64,000 bases of DNA from Methylibium sp. (GTDB lineage Bacteria > Pseudomonadota > Gammaproteobacteria > Burkholderiales > Burkholderiaceae_C). The translations under genes were made by a program, and so were the position numbers. How positions within the stretch are numbered: the stretch's first letter is position 1; each line of letters starts with the position of its first letter. The notes below the pieces were generated by a model. It saw nothing but the letters and a program-made list of their open reading frames with translations, did not search any database and was not told where the DNA came from. Location: NCBI RefSeq assembly GCF_013817345.1, contig NZ_JACDCW010000002.1, positions 7,498 to 71,497 on the forward strand. Reading direction: 5' to 3'. Shown piece after piece: positions 54,557 to 64,000 of the stretch.

Positions 54557-55030
54557 ATGAGCACCTACCGCAAGAGCGCAGCGCCACCTCCCGAAGCCGA
54601 CCTGCTGCTGAGCAAACAGCTTTGCTTCGCGGTGTATTCGGTTTCGCTGGCAATGAGCAAGGTCTATCGCCCGCTGCTCGCGCCACTGGGGCTGACCTAT
54701 CCGCAGTACCTGGTGATGCTGGCGCTGTGGGAATGCGAAGGCCTGAGCATCGCCGAGCTGGGCGCGCGGGTCGCGCTCGATTCCGGCACGCTCACGCCGC
54801 TGCTCAAGCGATTGCAGGCGCTCGGCTGCATCGAACGCACGCGCAGTGCCGCCGACGAACGGCAGGTGCTGATCACGCTGACGCGGCGTGGTGCCGAACT
54901 GCAGTCGCGCGCACAGGCTGTGCAGGAGCAGGCGGCCAGCGCGACGGCGTACTCGGCACGCGAGCGCCAGGCGCTTACCGCGAAGCTGCACGCGCTGCGC
55001 TCGTCGCTGCTGGCGCACAGCGAGCGCTGA
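54557..55030 (+). CDS. ohrR: MarR-family organic hydroperoxide sensor (OhrR-like)
   Basis: QLCFAVY with the N-terminal sensing Cys, LGLTYPQYLVMLALWE, LDSGTLTPLLKRL and R...DERQV. Confidence 0.85.
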   Translation: MSTYRKSAAPPPEADLLLSKQLCFAVYSVSLAMSKVYRPLLAPLGLTYPQYLVMLALWECEGLSIAELGARVALDSGTLTPLLKRLQALGCIERTRSAADERQVLITLTRRGAELQSRAQAVQEQAASATAYSARERQALTAKLHALRSSLLAHSER

Positions 55031-55075
55031 GCGCCGAGCCGGGCCGCTCAACGGCCACGGGCTCCGGATGCATCC

Positions 55076-55552
55076 TCAGTCGGGAAGCCCGGCGGCCTTG
55101 GGCAGATCGATCGGCGCGGCCGGCTTCCAGCCCTTCTTGCGGTGCTCGGCCACCACCGTGGTGTAGATGCCGCCCCGCACGTACCACTTGGCCGTGATGC
55201 GCGCGAAGCGCGGGGCGGTGGCCGCCACGAGCGTGCTCAGGATGTCGTTGGTGACCTTTTCATGGAAGGCCCCCTCGTCCCGAAAGCTCCACATGAACAT
55301 CTTCAGGCTCTTGAGCTCGACGCAGTGTTCGTCCGCCACCATGTCGATGCTGAAGTGGGCGAAGTCGGGCTGGCCGGTCAACGGGCACAGGCAGGTGAAT
55401 TCGGGAATCCGGAACTGGATCAGGTAGTCGCGCTCGGCGGCCGGGTTGGGGAACACATGCAGTTCCTTGCTCGGCGCGGTGGGCGGGTTCACCGGCATCG
55501 GCCGTTCACGCAGTGCGGGCGCGGCGGGGGGTTTCCTGGAGGTCTTGACCAT
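55076..55552 (-). CDS. queF: NADPH-dependent preQ0 reductase, single-domain (type I)
   Basis: [26 protein letters not shown] and RGG motifs. Confidence 0.93.
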   Translation of the reverse strand: MVKTSRKPPAAPALRERPMPVNPPTAPSKELHVFPNPAAERDYLIQFRIPEFTCLCPLTGQPDFAHFSIDMVADEHCVELKSLKMFMWSFRDEGAFHEKVTNDILSTLVAATAPRFARITAKWYVRGGIYTTVVAEHRKKGWKPAAPIDLPKAAGLPD

Positions 55553-55670
55553 GGAAGAAAGCGTGTCGCCGACTCGGGGCCGAGGGACGTTTGCTTGCAG
55601 TTCTTAGAGGGGGCCGATGCTATCATCCGCGCCACTCTCGAACCGGCAGCGATGCCGGTTTTCCATTACA

Positions 55671-55683
55671 AATCAACGAGTTA
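55671..55683 (+). promoter_or_regulatory. IHF consensus site in the queF/smc divergent promoter region
   Basis: AATCAACGAGTTA is an exact match to WATCAANNNNTTR. Confidence 0.5.
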
Positions 55684-55738
55684 GCAGCGCCAAGCCGCGC
55701 ACCCGCGGTGCTTGCGACTGCTTGCCGGACCTGCCGCG

Positions 55739-58700
55739 ATGCGCCTCAACTCGATCAAGCTTTCCGGCTTCAAATCCTTCGCCGACCCGACCAACTTCCA
55801 GCTGCCGGGCCAGCTCGTCGGCGTGGTCGGGCCCAACGGCTGCGGCAAGTCGAACATCATGGACGCGGTGCGCTGGGTGCTCGGCGAGAGCAAGGCGTCG
55901 GAGCTGCGCGGCGAGTCGATGCAGGACGTCATCTTCAACGGCTCGGGCAACCGCAAGCCGGCCAGCCGGTCCTCGGTGGAGCTGGTGTTCGACAACGCCG
56001 ATGCGCGCGCCGGCGGCGCCTGGAACCAGTTCGCCGAGATCGCCGTCAAGCGCGTGCTCACGCGCGACGGCACCTCCAGCTACTACATCAACAACCAGCC
56101 GGTGCGCCGGCGCGACGTGCAGGACGTGTTCCTCGGCACCGGCTTGGGTCCACGCGCCTACGCGATCATCGGCCAGGGGACCATCTCTCGCATCATCGAA
56201 AGCAAGCCCGAGGAGCTGCGGCTCTTTCTCGAAGAAGCCGCGGGCGTCTCCAAGTACAAGGAGCGCCGCCGCGAGACCGAGAACCGCATCAAGGACACGC
56301 GCGAGAACCTGACGCGCGTCGACGACATCCTGCGCGAGCTGAACAACAACCTCGACAAGCTCGAGAAACAGGCCGAGGTGGCCTCGCAGTACCGGGGGCT
56401 GCAGGAGCAGGGCACGCTCAAGCTGCAGCAACTGTGGTTCCTCAAGCACCGCGACGCAGCGGCCGAGGAAGAGCGCGTGAGCAAGGCGTCCCTGGCGGCC
56501 ACCAATGCGCTCGAATCGCGGTTGGCCGAACTGCGCCATGTCGAGGCGGAACTGGAGACAGTGCGGCAGGCCCACTACGCGGCGGGCGATGATTTGCATG
56601 CTGCGCAAGGTGTGCTGGCCGAGGCGGCGCTTGAGGTGAGCCGGCTCGAGGAACGCATCCGCTACGTGGTCGAAGGCCGCCAGCGCGTCGAACAGCGGAT
56701 CGCGGAGTTGAGCGGTCAGAACGCGGGCTGGGACGAACGGCGCGGGCAGGCGGTGAGCGAGCTCGAGGAGATCGCTGCGCAGATCGCCGTCGCCGACGAG
56801 CAGGCCGAGGTGCTGGCGGCCCAGGCCGAGGAGCAGTCGGCCGGCTTGCCCGCCGTGGAAGACGCGCTGCGTGCGGCGCAGACCGCCAGCCACGAGCAGC
56901 GCGGCAAGGCGCAGGAAGTCCAGCAGCAGATCCAGTTGCTCGCCGGCGAATCGCGCAACGTGGAAGAACAGAGCCGCGCGCTGTCGCAGCGCCACGAGCG
57001 GCTGGCGAGCGAACGGAAGAATCTGGCCGCACCCGACGATGCGCGGCTCCTCACGCTCGAGGAGCAACTCGGCAGCGCCGACGAAGCGCAGGCGATTGCC
57101 GATGCGCGCGCCGAGGAGCTGACGGCGGCGGTGCCGGCCCTCGACGAAGACCGCCGCACGCGGCAGCAGCAGGTCAATACCGAAGCCGGCCGGCAGGCCG
57201 ATTTCAGCGCCCGGCTCGAGGCCCTGCGCGCGCTGCAGGAAAAGGTGCAGACGGAGGGCAAGCTCGGCCCCTGGCTGGCCAAGCATGGCCTCGACAGTGT
57301 CAAGGGCCTGTGGACCCGGCTGCACATCGAGACCGGCTGGGAGACTGCGCTGGAGGCCGCGCTTCGCGAGCGCATCAACGCGCTCGAGGTCGGCCGCATG
57401 GAGACCGTGCGCGCCTTCGAGACCGACGCGCCACCCGCCAAGCTGGCCTTCTACACCCCGCCGGCCGGCGCCATCGCCAACACGCACACGACGCTGCCGC
57501 GCCTGTCGGACCTGCTGCGCCTGAACGATGCGGGCCTGACCGCGCTGCTCAACGACTGGCTCGAAGGTGTCTACACCGCTGCCTCGCTCGACGAGGCGCT
57601 GGCCGGGCGCGGCAAGCTCACCCACGGCGAAATCATCATGACGCCCGCGGGCCACGCGGTCAGCCCCTTCGCGGTGAGTTTCTACGCGCCCGACAGCGAA
57701 CAGGCCGGCATGCTGGCCCGCGCGCAGGAAATCGAGAACCTGGAGAAGCAGACCCGCGCGCAGAGCCTCATCGTCGATGAGGCCCGGGCCGGCCTGGTGC
57801 GCGCAGAAGCGGCCTACACCGACGCCTCGTCAAGGCTCGTCGGCGTGCGCCGCGAAGCCGCCGAGGGCCAGACGCGCAAGCACGAGTTGCAGGTCGAAGT
57901 GCTGCGGTTGAAGCAACTCAGCGAGCAGACCAGCGCCCGGCGCGGCCAGATCGAAGCCGAGCTGGCCGAGATCGACGCCGGCCTCGAAGAACTGGCCGAG
58001 CGCCGCGCGACCGGCGAGGCGCGTTTCGAAGAACTCGACTTGCAGCTCGCTGGCGAGCAGGAGCGCCACGCCGAACTCGGCGATGCCGTGATCCTGGCCG
58101 AGCGGCGGCTTGCCGATGCACGCGAGCAGCAGCGCTCGCTCGAGCGCGAGGCGCAGGAGGCGCAGTTCGCGTCGCGTGCCTTGGCCGCACGTCGCGGCGA
58201 GCTGCAGCGCGTCATCGAGACGGCGGCGCAGCAGCTCGCGGCCAACGAGCAGAGCGCGGCCCAGTTGCAGGAAGAGCTGGATCGGCTCACCGACGCCACC
58301 GCCCAGGCCGGCCTGCAGACGGCGCTGGCGCTTCGCCTGGAGCGCGAAACCGCGCTGGCCGCGCAGCGCAGCCACTACGACGACCTGTCCGCCCGCCTGC
58401 GCGTGGCTGACGAGCAGCGCCTGGGCTTCGAGCGCAGCCTCGAGCCGCTGCGCGAGCGCATCGGCAAGCTGCAGCTCGAAGCGCAGGCGGCGCAGTTGGG
58501 CGGCGCGCAGTACCTGGACCAGTTGACCGCTGCCGAGGTGGACATGGAAGCGTTGGCCCAGGGCATCGAAGCCGGCAGCGTCAAGCTCTCCGGCCTGCAG
58601 ACCGAGATCGACCGCATCAGCCGCGAGGTGGCCGCACTCGGTGCCGTCAATCTGGCAGCCCTTGACGAACTGAGCGCCGCACGCGAACGCAAGGGCTTTC

Positions 58701-59254
58701 TCGATGCGCAATCGGCCGATCTGGTGGAGGCAATGACCACGCTCGAAGACGCGATCAGGAAGATCGATCTTGAAACGCGCGAACTGCTCGGCAGCACCTT
58801 CGACACCGTCAACGAACACTTCGGCCGCATGTTCCCCCTGCTTTTCGGCGGCGGCCAAGCCCGGCTGATCATGACCGGCGGCGAGATCCTCGATGCCGGC
58901 GTGCAGGTGATGGCGCAGCCGCCCGGCAAGAAGAACGCGAGCATCCACCTGCTGTCGGGCGGCGAAAAGGCGCTGACCGCCATCGCCCTCGTGTTCGCCA
59001 TCTTCCAGCTCAACCCGGCGCCGTTCTGCCTGCTCGACGAAGTGGACGCGCCGCTCGACGACGCCAACACCGAGCGCTACACCAAGCTGGTCAAGACGAT
59101 GTCGGAGAACACGCAGTTCCTCTTCATCTCACACAACAAGATCGCCATGGAAATGGCCGAGCAGCTGATCGGGGTGACGATGCAGGAGCAGGGCGTTTCA
59201 CGGATCGTTGCGGTCGATATGGAGGCTGCCGTGACGATGGCGGTCGCAGCGTAA
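55739..59254 (+). CDS. smc: Chromosome segregation protein SMC
   Basis: GFKSF, GPNGCGKSN, long coiled coils with hinge, LSGGEKAL and LLDEVDAPLD. Confidence 0.97.
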   Translation: MRLNSIKLSGFKSFADPTNFQLPGQLVGVVGPNGCGKSNIMDAVRWVLGESKASELRGESMQDVIFNGSGNRKPASRSSVELVFDNADARAGGAWNQFAEIAVKRVLTRDGTSSYYINNQPVRRRDVQDVFLGTGLGPRAYAIIGQGTISRIIESKPEELRLFLEEAAGVSKYKERRRETENRIKDTRENLTRVDDILRELNNNLDKLEKQAEVASQYRGLQEQGTLKLQQLWFLKHRDAAAEEERVSKASLAATNALESRLAELRHVEAELETVRQAHYAAGDDLHAAQGVLAEAALEVSRLEERIRYVVEGRQRVEQRIAELSGQNAGWDERRGQAVSELEEIAAQIAVADEQAEVLAAQAEEQSAGLPAVEDALRAAQTASHEQRGKAQEVQQQIQLLAGESRNVEEQSRALSQRHERLASERKNLAAPDDARLLTLEEQLGSADEAQAIADARAEELTAAVPALDEDRRTRQQQVNTEAGRQADFSARLEALRALQEKVQTEGKLGPWLAKHGLDSVKGLWTRLHIETGWETALEAALRERINALEVGRMETVRAFETDAPPAKLAFYTPPAGAIANTHTTLPRLSDLLRLNDAGLTALLNDWLEGVYTAASLDEALAGRGKLTHGEIIMTPAGHAVSPFAVSFYAPDSEQAGMLARAQEIENLEKQTRAQSLIVDEARAGLVRAEAAYTDASSRLVGVRREAAEGQTRKHELQVEVLRLKQLSEQTSARRGQIEAELAEIDAGLEELAERRATGEARFEELDLQLAGEQERHAELGDAVILAERRLADAREQQRSLEREAQEAQFASRALAARRGELQRVIETAAQQLAANEQSAAQLQEELDRLTDATAQAGLQTALALRLERETALAAQRSHYDDLSARLRVADEQRLGFERSLEPLRERIGKLQLEAQAAQLGGAQYLDQLTAAEVDMEALAQGIEAGSVKLSGLQTEIDRISREVAALGAVNLAALDELSAARERKGFLDAQSADLVEAMTTLEDAIRKIDLETRELLGSTFDTVNEHFGRMFPLLFGGGQARLIMTGGEILDAGVQVMAQPPGKKNASIHLLSGGEKALTAIALVFAIFQLNPAPFCLLDEVDAPLDDANTERYTKLVKTMSENTQFLFISHNKIAMEMAEQLIGVTMQEQGVSRIVAVDMEAAVTMAVAA

Positions 59255-59282
59255 TGCGCGCAGCAAGAAAGAGCCGGCAGCC

Positions 59283-60320
59283 ATGAGCACCCTGCAGGTC
59301 TGGCTCCTCGTGCTCGGAGCGCTGGTGGTGGCCGGCGTGGTTGCGCACGGCGTGTGGAGCGCGCGGCGCAGCGCAGTGCGGCAGGTTGCGGCTGAGCCCG
59401 GCGAGGCGGCCGCCTCGCGCGAACCCTCGCTCGACCGGCCGGCAGAGCCGGCGGACCTGGCCGCGACTCGCATCGAGCCCACGCTGGCCCGCCGCGGCGG
59501 CCCCAGGCTCGATGCGCTGATCGATGCGATCGCCGCGATCACCGTTGAGAACCCAGTCGCCGGCGAAACCGCGGCCGTGCACCTGCCGCCGGCACGCCGG
59601 GCCGGCACCAAGCCGCTGCTCGTCGAAGGCCTCAACGCGGAGAGCGGCGAATGGGAGCTGCCGATGCCGGGCCAGCGCTACGGCGAGTTCCAGGCCGGCG
59701 TGCAATTGGCCAACCGCAGCGGCGCGCTCAACGAGATCGAGTATTCCGAGTTCGTGCAGAAGGTGCAGTCCTTCGCCGAGCCGCTGGCCGCCTTGCCCGA
59801 CTTCCCGGACATGCTCGACGTCGTGGCGCGGGCACGCGAGCTCGACGCCTTTGCCGGCCAGCACGACGCGCAGTTGGCCTTGCGCCTGGTTTCCCGCGGT
59901 CCGGCCTGGTCGCCCGGTTATGTGCAGCAGCACGCCGCCCGCCATGGTTTCGTGACCGGCGCTCTGCCGGGCCGGCTGGTGCTGCCCGGACTCGACGAAG
60001 GTGCGCCGCCCGTACTGACACTCAACTTCGACGCCCAGGCCGCACTGGCCGACGATCCGAGCCAGGCCGCACTGCGCGAGCTGACTCTGGCTTTCGACGT
60101 GCCGCAGACCGGCAGCGCGGCCGCACCGTTTGCCGCCTGGTGCGCGGCCGGCGAGGCCTTGTCCACCGAGCTCGATGCCGCCCTGTACGACGACGGCGGC
60201 CAGCCTTTGCATCCGACTTCCTTCGCCGCCATCGGCCAGGAGCTCGAGCGTCTGTATGCGCGCCTGGCCGAGCGCGACCTGGCAGCAGGATCGGCAGCGG
60301 CAAGACGGCTGTTCAGTTAG
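59283..60320 (+). CDS. zipA: Cell division protein ZipA-like (FtsZ-binding C-terminal domain)
   Basis: N-terminal TM; LANRSGALNEIEYSEFVQKV and L.L.FDVPQT; directly after smc as in related bacteria. Confidence 0.88.
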   Translation: MSTLQVWLLVLGALVVAGVVAHGVWSARRSAVRQVAAEPGEAAASREPSLDRPAEPADLAATRIEPTLARRGGPRLDALIDAIAAITVENPVAGETAAVHLPPARRAGTKPLLVEGLNAESGEWELPMPGQRYGEFQAGVQLANRSGALNEIEYSEFVQKVQSFAEPLAALPDFPDMLDVVARARELDAFAGQHDAQLALRLVSRGPAWSPGYVQQHAARHGFVTGALPGRLVLPGLDEGAPPVLTLNFDAQAALADDPSQAALRELTLAFDVPQTGSAAAPFAAWCAAGEALSTELDAALYDDGGQPLHPTSFAAIGQELERLYARLAERDLAAGSAAARRLFS

Positions 60321-60532
60321 CCGTCGAGCCCCTCACGACGCCATCTCCACAAGCCGCGTCGCGAGACGTCGGGCGGTGACTTCGGGCTCGCCTGCAAATG
60401 AATGCAAGACGAACCGGTCGCAACGGAAGGGATTTCCGGTCGAGCGACCGTTGCCGCTATTTTTGCCAAGCTTGTGTCGATGTGTTTCCACGCGGCATCG
60501 GCCGTTCACAGGGAATTTGCTCCAGTGCCTGC

Positions 60533-60547
60533 CGGCATAGCGATTGC
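60533..60547 (+). promoter_or_regulatory. Sigma54 (-24/-12) promoter candidate for the PQQ dehydrogenase operon
   Basis: CGGCATAGCGATTGC (GG-N10-GC with TTGC), 57 bp upstream of the ATG. The inverted repeat GCAACGG...CCGTTGC ~80-110 bp further upstream could be an enhancer. Confidence 0.6.
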
Positions 60548-60603
60548 CCGACCGAATCCGCAGTTGATCTTCCAGCGCACCTCGCGCGAAAAGGAGATTC
60601 GAC

Positions 60604-62382
60604 ATGGACATTTCGGCTTCGCTTCGGGCGGTGTCGCTCGCGCTTCTGTTCGGCAGCGCCCTTCACCCGCCGGCCGCGGCACAAGCCGCGGGCGCGGAAT
60701 GGACCACACCGGCCGGCACGCTCGAAGGCACGCGCTTCAGTTCCTTGGCGCAGATTCACAGCGGCAATGTCGGGCAACTCGAAGAGGAGTTCCGCTTTCG
60801 CACCGGCGTTATCGCCGGGCATGAGGGCACGCCGCTCGTGGTCGGCTCGACGATGTACGTCGTCAGCCCGTTCCCGAACAAGCTGTTCGCGCTCGACCTG
60901 GCCGACCGCGGCCGGCTGCGCTGGGTCTTCGACCCGCGCGCCGATCCGTTCGCGCAAGACAAGGCGTGTTGCGACATCGTCAATCGCGGCGCGGTGCATG
61001 CGAACGGCAAGATCATCTACAACGTGCTCGACAACACCACAGTCGCGGTCGATGCAAGGACCGGCCGCGAGGTCTGGCGCACCAAGCTCGGCGACCCGGC
61101 CACCGGCCAGACGATGACGATGGCCCCGCTGGTCGTGGGCGACAAGGTGTTGGTCGGCAACAGCGGCGGCGAGCTCGGCATCCGTGGCTTCATCGCCGCT
61201 CTCAACCTCAACACCGGCATCGAGGTCTGGCGCGCTTTCAGCACCGGCCCTGATGTCGATGTGCTCATCGGTGCGGGCTTCAATCCGTTCTACGCCAAGG
61301 ACCGTGGCGCCGATCTCGGCGCGGCCACCTGGCCATCGGAATTCATGTGGCAGCACGGCGGCAGCACGGTCTGGGGCTTTGTCAGTTACGACCCGCAACT
61401 CAACCTGATCTACTACGGCACCGCCAACCCCGGTGTCTGGAACCCCGACTTGCGGCCCGGCGACAACAAGTGGTCGACCACGCTGTTCGCGCGCAATCCC
61501 GACACCGGCCAGGCGGCCTGGGCCTACCAGATCACGCCGCACGACGCTTGGGACTTCGACGGCGTCAACGAGAACATCGTCGTGAACCTGCCGTTCGGCG
61601 ACACGACGCGCCAACTGCTGGTGCGCTTCGACCGCAACGGCTTTGCCTACACGATGGACCGCAAGACCGGCGAGGTGCTGGTGGCCGAAAAGTTTGTGTT
61701 CGTCAACTGGGCCGAACGCATCGACCTCGGCACCGGCGCGCCCGTCGAGAACCCGGCCAAGCGCCCCCGCGAGGGCGTCAACGTGCGCGACATCTGCCCG
61801 GCCGGGGTGGGCGGCAAGGATCAGCAGCCGGCCGCGTTCTCGCCGCGCACCAACCTGTTCTACGTGCCGACCAACAACCTGTGCATGGACTACGAGGCGC
61901 TGAAGGTCAACTTCATCGAAGGCACGCCGTTCGTGGGCGCCAGCGTCAGGATGAAAGCCGGCCCGGACGGCCTCGGCCATCGCGGTGAGTTCATGGCTTG
62001 GGACGCGACCAGCGGGCGCAAGGTGTGGGGCATCGCCGAGCGCTTTCCGGTCTGGAGCGGCGTGCTCGCGACGGCCGGCGACGTGGTCTTCTACGGCACG
62101 CTCGACCGCCGGTTCAAGGCGGTCCACGCGGTCACCGGGCAGGTGCTGCTCGACCGCCGACTCGAGTCCGGCATCGTCGGCCATCCGATGACCTTCCTCG
62201 GCCCCGACGGCAAGCAGCGCGTCGCGATCTACTCCGGCCCGGGCGGCGTGGCCGGCGCGATCGTGCCGGCCGAGCTGTCGCCCGACGATCCGTTCGCCGG
62301 GCTCGGCATCGTCGGCGCGATGGCCGATCTGCCGCGCTTCACGCCAGCCGGCGGCGCGGTGCATGTGTTCAAGCTGCCATGA
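60604..62382 (+). CDS. PQQ-dependent methanol/ethanol-family dehydrogenase, lanthanide-type (XoxF-like)
   Basis: Signal peptide; vicinal CC (ACCDIVNRG), GGELG, GTANPGVWN, RPGDNKW, HDAWDFDGVNE and Trp-docking repeats. Confidence 0.9.
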   Translation: MDISASLRAVSLALLFGSALHPPAAAQAAGAEWTTPAGTLEGTRFSSLAQIHSGNVGQLEEEFRFRTGVIAGHEGTPLVVGSTMYVVSPFPNKLFALDLADRGRLRWVFDPRADPFAQDKACCDIVNRGAVHANGKIIYNVLDNTTVAVDARTGREVWRTKLGDPATGQTMTMAPLVVGDKVLVGNSGGELGIRGFIAALNLNTGIEVWRAFSTGPDVDVLIGAGFNPFYAKDRGADLGAATWPSEFMWQHGGSTVWGFVSYDPQLNLIYYGTANPGVWNPDLRPGDNKWSTTLFARNPDTGQAAWAYQITPHDAWDFDGVNENIVVNLPFGDTTRQLLVRFDRNGFAYTMDRKTGEVLVAEKFVFVNWAERIDLGTGAPVENPAKRPREGVNVRDICPAGVGGKDQQPAAFSPRTNLFYVPTNNLCMDYEALKVNFIEGTPFVGASVRMKAGPDGLGHRGEFMAWDATSGRKVWGIAERFPVWSGVLATAGDVVFYGTLDRRFKAVHAVTGQVLLDRRLESGIVGHPMTFLGPDGKQRVAIYSGPGGVAGAIVPAELSPDDPFAGLGIVGAMADLPRFTPAGGAVHVFKLP

Positions 62383-63233
62383 ACCGCGCGAGCGTCAACG
62401 AGGCCCGATGGCGGGTTGCGGCGGCGTTCGCGCTGCTCGCAGCGGTCGCTGCCGCGGTCGCCGCTGCCGAGCCGGCGCGCGAATTGCGCGTCTGCGCGCA
62501 GCCCAACAACCTGCCGTTCTCGAACCAGCGGCTCGAGGGTTTCGAGAACAAGCTGGCCCAGTTGGTGGCTGACGAGTTGAGCGCGACGCTGCGCTACACC
62601 TGGCGGCCGCAGCGCCGTGGCTTCGTGCGCCGCACGCTGAACGCCGGCGCCTGCGACCTCGTGATGGGCGTGCCGAGCGGCTTCGAGCCGGTGTTGGCGA
62701 GCGTGCCGTACTACCGTTCGACCTACGCCTTCGTTTACGCGAAGGATCGTCAGCCGGGTTTGAGTTCGTTCGACGACCCGGCGTTGCGCGGCCTGCGCAT
62801 CGGCCTGCATGCGGTCGGCGACGACGGCTTCAGCACGCCGCCGGCGCACGCACTGGCACGGCGTGGCCTCCTCAACAACATCGTCGGCTTCGCGATGTGG
62901 GACACCGACACGGTCGACAGCCCGGCCGGCCGCATCGTCGATGCGGTCGCTTCCGGCGATATCGACCTGGCGATCGTCTGGGGTCCGTTCGCCGCCTACT
63001 TCGCCGGCCGGCACCCGCAACGACTCGAGGTGCGGCCGGTGTCGCCACCGCCGGACATGAGCGCGTGGCCGTTCGCCTACGACATCGCGATCGGCGTGCG
63101 ACAGGGCGACGCTGCGCTGAAGCGCGAACTCGACGGCGTGCTCGAGCGGCGTCGCGACCAGGTCCGAGAAATCCTCGAGCAATATGGCGTGCCGCTGATC
63201 GGGCCGACCGCCGAGACCCGCGAAGGAGACTGA
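62379..63233 (+). CDS. MxaJ/XoxJ-like periplasmic binding protein
   Basis: LRVCAQPNNLPFSN...GFEN, QRRGFVR.TL..G.CDL, YYRSTYAFV and D.A.VWGP; ATGA overlap with the dehydrogenase stop. Confidence 0.88.
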   Translation: MNRASVNEARWRVAAAFALLAAVAAAVAAAEPARELRVCAQPNNLPFSNQRLEGFENKLAQLVADELSATLRYTWRPQRRGFVRRTLNAGACDLVMGVPSGFEPVLASVPYYRSTYAFVYAKDRQPGLSSFDDPALRGLRIGLHAVGDDGFSTPPAHALARRGLLNNIVGFAMWDTDTVDSPAGRIVDAVASGDIDLAIVWGPFAAYFAGRHPQRLEVRPVSPPPDMSAWPFAYDIAIGVRQGDAALKRELDGVLERRRDQVREILEQYGVPLIGPTAETREGD

Positions 63234-63234
63234 A

Positions 63235-63681
63235 ATGCAAGCCAACCCGACGAGAAGGATCGCCTGCGCATTCGTGTTGTCGCTGTGCGGCTTGGCCACG
63301 ATGCTGGCCGACGCGGGCGGCCCGGGGTCGTCGTCGGGGCCGAGCGTCGGCGCGGTGTCGAGGCACGGCGGCGGCGTGCCGGATATTGACGAAGACGACG
63401 GCGACCGCATCAACGGTCGCCGGCTGTTCCTCAGCAACAACTGCTACATCTGCCACGGCGGGCGTGGCGGCGGCGGCATGTGCCCGAGCCTGCGCGAGGA
63501 TCGCCCGCACGGCGACGATGCCGTGCGCGCGATCCTCAACGGCACGCGCAACGGCATGCCGCCGTTCCGCGACCGCCTGAGCGCGCAGGACATTGCCGAC
63601 CTGCTGGCCTACATCGATTCCTTGCGCCGCGACGAAGAACCGACCTTCACGCATTGGTGGGAGCCGGTGCCGACGCGCTGA
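63235..63681 (+). CDS. Periplasmic monoheme cytochrome c (XoxG/MxaG-like partner)
   Basis: Signal peptide; CYICH heme motif; distal Met in NGMPPF. Confidence 0.88.
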   Translation: MQANPTRRIACAFVLSLCGLATMLADAGGPGSSSGPSVGAVSRHGGGVPDIDEDDGDRINGRRLFLSNNCYICHGGRGGGGMCPSLREDRPHGDDAVRAILNGTRNGMPPFRDRLSAQDIADLLAYIDSLRRDEEPTFTHWWEPVPTR

Positions 63682-64000
63682 CGCTGCGACGCGGTGCTTG
63701 GCCAATACGCTTCGCAGCGACTTGCCGGGCCGATGGCGTAACTCATGACCGGCGCCTTGCCGGGCCGGCTGGGGCTGCCCAGCGGCGAGGAGGGCGCACC
63801 GCCCTGCTGACGCTGGCTTTCGCCGTGCTGGAGCGCCGGCCGCTGTGCTTCCTCGGGGATCGGCTGCGTCGGCTTTGCGCAACCTGCGACCCCATCGGCC
63901 GATCACGGCTGCTCGCGCCTCGCGGTGCCTGCTGCCCTCGTGATGGTGGAAACGCACGGCAATCAACCTCACGATAGCCGGCGCGGCTCACGGGCGACGG

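Noticed and set aside
63682-64000. Cys-rich or other short ORFs after the cytochrome c gene
   Set aside because: No recognisable motif, convincing start or codon pattern in any frame, and the region is cut by the window edge.

Overview
GC-rich window from a betaproteobacterium. Gene content and synteny point to Burkholderiales of the Rubrivivax/Methylibium/Ideonella-like group (inference). Most of the window is core chromosome: the 3' end of purL; ppiC-type PPIase, bolA, ispZ, msrB and selO; a long fatty-acid/acyl-CoA uptake and beta-oxidation cluster (6.1-23.3 kb); bioB; opgD, tex and opgH; the dapC-dapD-pilU-dapE-prmB-ABC-F run; and queF, smc and zipA. No rRNA, tRNA, CRISPR array, integrase or transposase was recognised. 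The most unusual element is a two-gene minus-strand operon at 42.8-45.9 kb. It encodes an ~894-aa protein built as STAND-like (nSTAND1-type) P-loop NTPase, low-complexity/microsatellite linker, one transmembrane helix, Pro-rich stalk and periplasmic TAXI-type solute-binding domain. That gene is translationally coupled to a small secreted OmpA-domain protein, and the pair is a candidate transmembrane ligand-sensing NTPase system. Second is an accessory module after zipA with a sigma54-like promoter, encoding a PQQ alcohol dehydrogenase with the lanthanide-type W-D-F-D motif, an MxaJ/XoxJ-like protein and a cytochrome c. Several decay scars are also visible: an internally deleted patatin, an AraC C-terminal relic, an orphan Phd antitoxin, a frameshifted secreted protein, and an AT-rich IHF-site-bearing patch. 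Family calls come from motif recognition by eye, not from database searches. Start codons were chosen by hand and may be off by a few codons.
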